Source of the DNA: Candidatus Bathyarchaeota archaeon
GTDB taxonomy: Archaea > Thermoproteota > CALKCG01 > B24 > DRYS01
Direction of reading: 5' to 3'
Assembly: GCA_025058595.1 (NCBI GenBank)
Contig: JANXEK010000003.1
Span: 4,233-68,232, forward strand
Length of the DNA: 64,000 nt
Shown here: positions 58,434 to 64,000 of the stretch, piece after piece
How the letters are laid out: each line of letters opens with the position of its first letter
Numbering within the stretch: position 1 is the stretch's first letter
Notes under the pieces: generated by a model
Seen by the model: only the letters and a program-made list of their open reading frames with translations
Databases searched by the model: none
What the model was told of the DNA's origin: nothing
Made by a program: the position numbers and the translations under genes

Positions 58434-60297
58434 CTTTAGATCTACCCCCCACCTTCTGGACTACTATAACGTTAGCGGCTTCAGCTGCTACAGGTAGTGG
58501 ATTCGGCGTTATAACTATATACTGGATCCCCTGCTTACCGGATAGACGTTCAACGATATGCTTGAAGACAGCTTCCCTATTCGCAGGATCCATGTGTACA
58601 TCGTATTCATCTAAAGCTCTAAACGGGCTTTTCACATGCTGCTGAAGCGCTATGAGGAATGTAGATACGGCTAGACTCCTCTCACCGCCGCTTTGAGTAA
58701 GGTTATTGAGAGGTATTGGATCCATACCGGGTACCCCCATGTATATCTCAACACCGCTTCTATCGATATCGTAGGGGTTCGATAATCTAGCATACCCTAT
58801 GTAGCCGAACTCTCCGAGCATAGCTTGAAATTCTTCATTAACATTTTCTAACAGCTTCTCCAAAGCCTCCCTCCAAACCTTAACCCTTTCATCTAATTCG
58901 TGTAGGAGTAGATTTTTATTCTCTGAGAGTATCTCAAGCTTAGATTTCAGCTCATCGTATATACCCCTATACTTCTCATACATGGAAGCTACATCCTCCG
59001 AGACGGATCCTAAAGCTCTAATCCTAGCTTCTACACTTCTCAGATCATCCTCTATCTCAGCTAGACCTCTAACGGTGGATGGCTTAGACGATGGACCGCC
59101 GACCTCGGATAGCATAGATTCAATCTTGGATTTCAGCTCAGATATCCTAGACTCTATATGCTTCCTCTCCTCTAGGAGTCTAGCTATCTCAGATGAAGCT
59201 AACGCCTCCTCAACCCTTAACTCCGCATACCGTTTAAATACATCCCGCTCCCTAACCCTCAACCCGCTGTAGATCCTATACATATCCTTCAAATCTGATT
59301 CAACCCTCCTTAGGTTTGCAATCTTACCTTTAACCTCAATTTCGAGTTCAACCGGTAGCTTACCCTTGTATACATCGAGTATACGTAGATCCTCTAATAA
59401 CGTCGATAGGAGTTTCTCCGAAGATATTATTCTCTCGAATAATCGATCCTCCTCGAAAACCACGTTTTCGAAATCCCCCTCCACATCTACTATCTTAGAT
59501 CTAGCATCAGAGCTTATCTTCTCGAGCTTCGATATCCTTCGACTATAACGTTCAACCCTATTCGATAGTTTAACAAGCTTATCCTCGAGATCGAGTATCT
59601 TAGCCCATGAAAACTCTAGTTTAAGTTCCCCCTCCCTCTCCCTAAGCTTCCTATACTGTATGAGCTTCTCATATTCTCTACGCCAGTATTCTAGGGTGGA
59701 TTCAGCGTCAGCCATCCTCTCTCGGAGAAGCTTCTCCTCTGATAGAACTTTAGAAAGCTTACCCCTAGCCTCGAGTATATTCCTTCGATAATCCTCGAAG
59801 CCTACAGCCTTCTCTAGAAGCTTAAGCTTCTCCTCCGGATGCATAGCTACGAACTCTTCTATCGTACCTTGATGCATTATTATGAATGGATTATCCGGAT
59901 CTAACCCCACCCCGCTTAGAAGCTCTACAACCTCCGATTTAGATTTCTCCTCACCTAATATATAGAAGCTATACGTTCCATCCCTCCTAAGTATCCTAGA
60001 TAAAGATAGGGTGGAAGATCTAATCGAAGGAAAAGGTCTGACCCTACCTTCACCGCTGTTATCAAAGATTAAAGTTATACGCGCTATATCGCTACCCCAT
60101 CTTATAAGGTCGCTGAGCCTCTTAGCTCTCTCAGTATAAGTTTGACCTAAAGCTACGGATATACCTAGAAGTATCGACGACTTTCCAGAGCCGTTCGGTC
60201 CACATACAAGGTTTAAGCCGGATGCAAGCTTAATCCTAGCATACTCGTAGCTCATAAAATTCTCTAATACCACTTCGCGTATGAAGGGCGCTGTCAA
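58402..60297 (-). CDS. SMC-like ABC-type ATPase with a long coiled coil and no hinge or zinc hook (compact SMC/RecN/Sph-like)
   Basis: N-terminal Walker A LVCGPNGSGKSS, about 400 aa of heptad-rich coiled coil, a C-terminal signature LTQSGGERSL, Walker B/D-loop ALDEYDVHMD and H-loop QYIVITPN. 631 aa with no CxxC hook. Confidence 0.75.
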   Translation of the reverse strand: MTAPFIREVVLENFMSYEYARIKLASGLNLVCGPNGSGKSSILLGISVALGQTYTERAKRLSDLIRWGSDIARITLIFDNSGEGRVRPFPSIRSSTLSLSRILRRDGTYSFYILGEEKSKSEVVELLSGVGLDPDNPFIIMHQGTIEEFVAMHPEEKLKLLEKAVGFEDYRRNILEARGKLSKVLSEEKLLRERMADAESTLEYWRREYEKLIQYRKLREREGELKLEFSWAKILDLEDKLVKLSNRVERYSRRISKLEKISSDARSKIVDVEGDFENVVFEEDRLFERIISSEKLLSTLLEDLRILDVYKGKLPVELEIEVKGKIANLRRVESDLKDMYRIYSGLRVRERDVFKRYAELRVEEALASSEIARLLEERKHIESRISELKSKIESMLSEVGGPSSKPSTVRGLAEIEDDLRSVEARIRALGSVSEDVASMYEKYRGIYDELKSKLEILSENKNLLLHELDERVKVWREALEKLLENVNEEFQAMLGEFGYIGYARLSNPYDIDRSGVEIYMGVPGMDPIPLNNLTQSGGERSLAVSTFLIALQQHVKSPFRALDEYDVHMDPANREAVFKHIVERLSGKQGIQYIVITPNPLPVAAEAANVIVVQKVGGRSKVGKIEAYVEA

Positions 60298-60531
60298 ATC
60301 GAATCACTACTTACAGCCACACCGTATTCTATAAAGGTTTATACGACATATTCGAAGAGAATATCCCTCTACATCTGTATGGATGGACTCTACATAAAGT
60401 TGAGAGCATCATGAGGGTAGAGTAACGATATAAACTGAGAGATAGATATGCTAAGCCTACGAATCTTGAACTCTTCCGAGGCGATACTATAGCTAAATTT
60501 TATAGGAAGCTTAATTTGTTTAAAGCAGGTT

Positions 60532-61728
60532 ATGCTTCCCCTAATACTCGTAGCTATCCCGCTTATAGTCGTAGTCTTACTAGTTGCTAGACGTGTGAAC
60601 TACGGTCTCGCATTGATTACCGGGGCTATCACTATAGCTCTGGTATCCGCGATGAAGCCAACTACCTTCCTAGAGACGATTATCTCAACGATGGCAGATC
60701 TAGAAACTTTAGAGCTCGCATCGATAGTAGCTCTGATACAGATCCTAGCTATATATATGAGTGAGTCAGGTATGATCGAGCAGCTGATAGATTCTATAAG
60801 GAAGCTTCTATCGGCGAAGGTTACTCTAGCGATACTGCCAGCTATCATGGGTAGTCTACCTATGCCGGGTGGAGCCCTACTATCAGCTCCGATGATAGAA
60901 GATACAGCTGGTAAGCTAGGATTAGATAGCGACGAGAAGAGCTTCGTAAACGTATGGTTTAGACATTGGAACTTCTTCGTATACCCGCTATCATCAGCTA
61001 TCATACTAGCTTCGACGTTATCTGGTGTAAGTCTTCATGAGCTTATAGCCGTTCAGATACCCATAGTCCTACTGTATGTAGGTATAGGCTATATAGCATC
61101 TCTATATCGGATAACTAACCTGAAAGAAGGTGGTATGGATCAGCAGAGCAGGAAGCTGATACACCGTATACTATTGAATATATCGCCTATAGCTGTCGCG
61201 GTTACTTTAACAATCGTAGGGTTGAATATGGTTTTAGCTTTAGCCATAGCTATAGCTTACACTATACTTGTCACACGTATAAGTTTTGAGAGGGCGTGGA
61301 AGGCTTTGAAGAAGGTTAACATAAGCCTCCCGTTAGCTATACCTGGCGTTATGATTTTCAGGTATACGTTGAATCGTTCAGGGTTGATAGAAGCAGCTCT
61401 ACCATATCTAACATCCACGTATCTTCCGCCGGTGGCGGTAGCGTTAGCGGTAGCATGGATAGTAGGTTTAGCGACGGCTATGCCTTCAGCTGGTATAGCC
61501 CTCGTAATCCCGATAGCATCTGCTATAATAGGAGATATGTCTGCATCTACAGCTTCCTCGGTCTATATATCGATAATATTCTCCTATCTCGTCTCACCGC
61601 TACACTTATGTCTAGTACTTACCGTAGGATACTATAGATCGAATATACATTCTGTTTATAAGAAGCTAATCCCATCGGCTATAACAGCATATATCCTATC
61701 ACTCGCTACCCTCAGCTTAATCCGTTGA
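60532..61728 (+). CDS. DUF401-family polytopic membrane protein, a putative transporter
   Basis: 398 aa with about 10-12 TM segments. The glycine-rich LPMPGGALLSAPMI loop is recalled from the DUF401/AF0261 family. Confidence 0.5.
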   Translation: MLPLILVAIPLIVVVLLVARRVNYGLALITGAITIALVSAMKPTTFLETIISTMADLETLELASIVALIQILAIYMSESGMIEQLIDSIRKLLSAKVTLAILPAIMGSLPMPGGALLSAPMIEDTAGKLGLDSDEKSFVNVWFRHWNFFVYPLSSAIILASTLSGVSLHELIAVQIPIVLLYVGIGYIASLYRITNLKEGGMDQQSRKLIHRILLNISPIAVAVTLTIVGLNMVLALAIAIAYTILVTRISFERAWKALKKVNISLPLAIPGVMIFRYTLNRSGLIEAALPYLTSTYLPPVAVALAVAWIVGLATAMPSAGIALVIPIASAIIGDMSASTASSVYISIIFSYLVSPLHLCLVLTVGYYRSNIHSVYKKLIPSAITAYILSLATLSLIR

Positions 61729-61744
61729 AACATTTAGCAGAAAC

Positions 61745-62698
61745 CTACTCGAATTCTATGGTAGCCGGAGGTTTATCCGTTATATCGTAGAGAACCCTAG
61801 ACACTTCAGGTATCTCCGCTATCAGCTTATCCCTAACCTTCTCAAGCCTACTCCAATCCAGCTTCATATACCTAGCGGTCATAGCATCCTCAGATTCAAC
61901 TATCCTTAAAGCTATCATGTAGCCGTACTTCCTCCCTCCATCCCTACTGAGGCCTGTAGCCATCCCTTCTAATAGAACCGGGAATGCTTGGAAGCAATCT
62001 ATATCTGAAAGCTCCTCATCTACTATAGCCGTAGCCTTCTTTATCACAGAAAGCTTATCGCTCGTAACCTCTCCTAGTATTCTTATCGATAGACCTGGAC
62101 CTGGGAATGGTTTACGTTTAACTACTTCGTCTGGAAGCCCAAGCTCTCTAGCTACAAGCCTAACCTGATCCTTATATAGATCTTTAAGCGGCTCGATGAC
62201 TTTAAACCCGTAGCTTCTAAGCGGATCTATACCTATCTGCTCGAGGACGTTATGCTGAGTTTTTACACCACGCCTGGTTTCGACGATATCTGCCGCTATA
62301 GTCCCCTGTAAGACTACCCTAACCCCAAGTTCTCGAGCTATACGCGATAATACCCTATAGAATGTTTCACGGAAGCGTTTCCTCTTCTCCTCAGCATCCC
62401 TTACACCCCTAAGCGCTCCTAGAAATTCGTCTTCCACATCGTATACATGTACCTTGACACCTAGCTTATCGAAGATAATTCTAACCCTATCAGATTCACC
62501 TATCCTCATAAAACCGTCGTCGAGGAATATAGGTTTCAAACGAGAACCGATAGCTTTGAATCCAAGCATAGCTGTTACGGAACTATCGACACCGCCTGAG
62601 AGCGCTACTATGGCATCCTCACAGCCTATCTCGTTTCTAAGCCAAACAATCCTCTCCTCTATAAAGGATTTAGGATCGAACTTATCCATAGCGATCAT
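61745..62698 (-). CDS. guaAB: GMP synthase [glutamine-hydrolysing] subunit B (ATP pyrophosphatase subunit)
   Basis: PP-loop ALSGGVDSS, QGTIAADIVETRRGVKTQHNV and a C-terminal dimerisation domain. The 317-aa size matches the archaeal split GuaA. Confidence 0.85.
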   Translation of the reverse strand: MIAMDKFDPKSFIEERIVWLRNEIGCEDAIVALSGGVDSSVTAMLGFKAIGSRLKPIFLDDGFMRIGESDRVRIIFDKLGVKVHVYDVEDEFLGALRGVRDAEEKRKRFRETFYRVLSRIARELGVRVVLQGTIAADIVETRRGVKTQHNVLEQIGIDPLRSYGFKVIEPLKDLYKDQVRLVARELGLPDEVVKRKPFPGPGLSIRILGEVTSDKLSVIKKATAIVDEELSDIDCFQAFPVLLEGMATGLSRDGGRKYGYMIALRIVESEDAMTARYMKLDWSRLEKVRDKLIAEIPEVSRVLYDITDKPPATIEFE

Positions 62699-62816
62699 AT
62701 CCTCTACTGAAGCGGCAATATATTAAGGTAATATATTAATGTTTTAGAATCCGAACTGGGCTAACATGTATGTAACTGCAGCCTATTCTATGGTTGGGTA
62801 ATACTTATCAGTGGAG

Positions 62817-63833
62817 CTAGCTTAGATAGATTTCGCCAGATTTCTTCAGCGATTCTAGTATCGACGATATAACCGTAGTCACGGCTAAGCCATCCTCACC
62901 TCTAACCATAGGCTCTCTATCCTCTACCACACACTCTATGAAGTGGTTTACACATTCAACAGTAAAACCCGAGGGTTTACCGTATAGGTTGTAGTATACG
63001 TATGTATCTGGTATACTATACTTATCTGTAACCTTCTCTATCGATCTACCCCTAGAGTGATCCGTATATATACACCCCTTATCCCCTACAAGCTCGAGCT
63101 TAAACTCAGCTATAGTAGGGGATCCATCTGGTAGTATCCATAGATTTTCTCCGAAAGCTACTGCATCTCTGAAGTGTAGTATATAGCCATATAGATCGGG
63201 GGTATCTATACCCATACTCCTAAGCTTAACACTCCTCTGGAATCCGTAAACCTTAAAGGGTTTCTCCTCGAAGAGCCATAGTAGGAGATCTATAGTATGG
63301 CTTCCTAAGAACCATAGACTACTGGATCTAGATGCCCATGGAAGCATCTTAGTAGGTACATAGATCGTATCGTTCAACCTAGCATAAGCATATATGAGCT
63401 TACCGAGGTCGCCATTGGATACACTATGCTTTGTTTGTACGAATACAGGGTTCCATCTATTATGAAATGCAACCATAAGCTTAACGCCAGCTCTCCTACA
63501 TGCATCTATCATAGCTAGACAATCATCTACCGATGTAGCCATAGGCTTCTCTACTAGAACATGCTTACCAGCTTCAGCAGCGGCTATACATGGATCCCTA
63601 TGAAGGAAATCTGGTGTAACGATAGATACAGCTTCGATTTCATCCATCTCCAACAGCTTATGGTAATCTGTAAAGTATGCTTCAGCACCATACACCCTAG
63701 CGATATATTCAGCCCTAGATCTATCTATATCGGCTACGGCTACAAGCTTAGATAGAGGATGCTTAGCATACGCAGCTGCATGCCTTTCCCCCTGGATACC
63801 TACACCTATGACGCCGAACCCCGCTCTCTTCAT
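62817..63833 (-). CDS. Gfo/Idh/MocA-family NAD(P)-dependent oxidoreductase
   Basis: N-terminal Rossmann FGVIGVGIQGERHA and the EKP motif (VLVEKPMA). Confidence 0.8.
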   Translation of the reverse strand: MKRAGFGVIGVGIQGERHAAAYAKHPLSKLVAVADIDRSRAEYIARVYGAEAYFTDYHKLLEMDEIEAVSIVTPDFLHRDPCIAAAEAGKHVLVEKPMATSVDDCLAMIDACRRAGVKLMVAFHNRWNPVFVQTKHSVSNGDLGKLIYAYARLNDTIYVPTKMLPWASRSSSLWFLGSHTIDLLLWLFEEKPFKVYGFQRSVKLRSMGIDTPDLYGYILHFRDAVAFGENLWILPDGSPTIAEFKLELVGDKGCIYTDHSRGRSIEKVTDKYSIPDTYVYYNLYGKPSGFTVECVNHFIECVVEDREPMVRGEDGLAVTTVISSILESLKKSGEIYLS

Positions 63834-64000
63834 AGCTAGTAGATGGAATGCATCTATACAAATAAAACTCTTAGCATAGGCGAATATACGGGGAGAAATT
63901 AGAAAGATAGCTATCTTTACAGGTTATATCATCCGGCTCCATGAAATCTCTCATAGAGGAGACACGTAGAGATTAGACGTAAACCTGTAACCGATCCAAT

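Noticed and set aside
1-64000. CRISPR arrays, cas genes, transposases and integrases
   Set aside because: Visual scanning of the ORF-free regions found no regularly spaced direct repeats. None of the translated ORFs shows Cas, DDE-transposase or tyrosine/serine-recombinase motifs.

Overview
This window reads as a chromosomal segment from a moderate-GC, hyperthermophile-type crenarchaeon, probably Thermoproteales-like. The evidence is the archaeal ribosomal proteins L37e, S3Ae and S15, an Sm-like protein, Hjc resolvase, a Cdc45/RecJ-type DHH nuclease, NreA, archaemetzincin, a split GMP synthase B subunit, and a tRNA-Met carrying two introns at non-canonical positions. Coding density is high and mostly housekeeping. 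The main blocks are: (a) a glycoside-hydrolase/sugar-isomerase cluster with GH31, GH29 alpha-L-fucosidase, GH4, a TIM-barrel sugar isomerase and a FucI-like protein; (b) an ECF-type transporter operon with EcfT, a fused EcfA-A' ATPase and an embedded secreted protein; (c) a HEPN/MNT toxin-antitoxin pair whose nucleotidyltransferase carries a single-base frameshift; (d) two tRNA genes; (e) PEP synthase and MoaA; (f) a group-3-like [NiFe]-hydrogenase large subunit with no small subunit or maturation genes nearby, sitting next to a multi-cluster Fe-S PAPS-reductase-family protein; (g) a giant S8 subtilase; and (h) a compact SMC-like ATPase + kleisin-like + ScpB-like three-gene operon. A perfect ~65-nt repeat occurs as an inverted pair 16.3 kb apart, at 20.47 kb and 36.8 kb. 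Several ORF-free stretches of 0.4 to 0.9 kb may hold ncRNAs or gene relics. I did not see a CRISPR array, transposase or integrase. Every product call is inferred from motifs recognised by eye in the supplied translations, with no database search.
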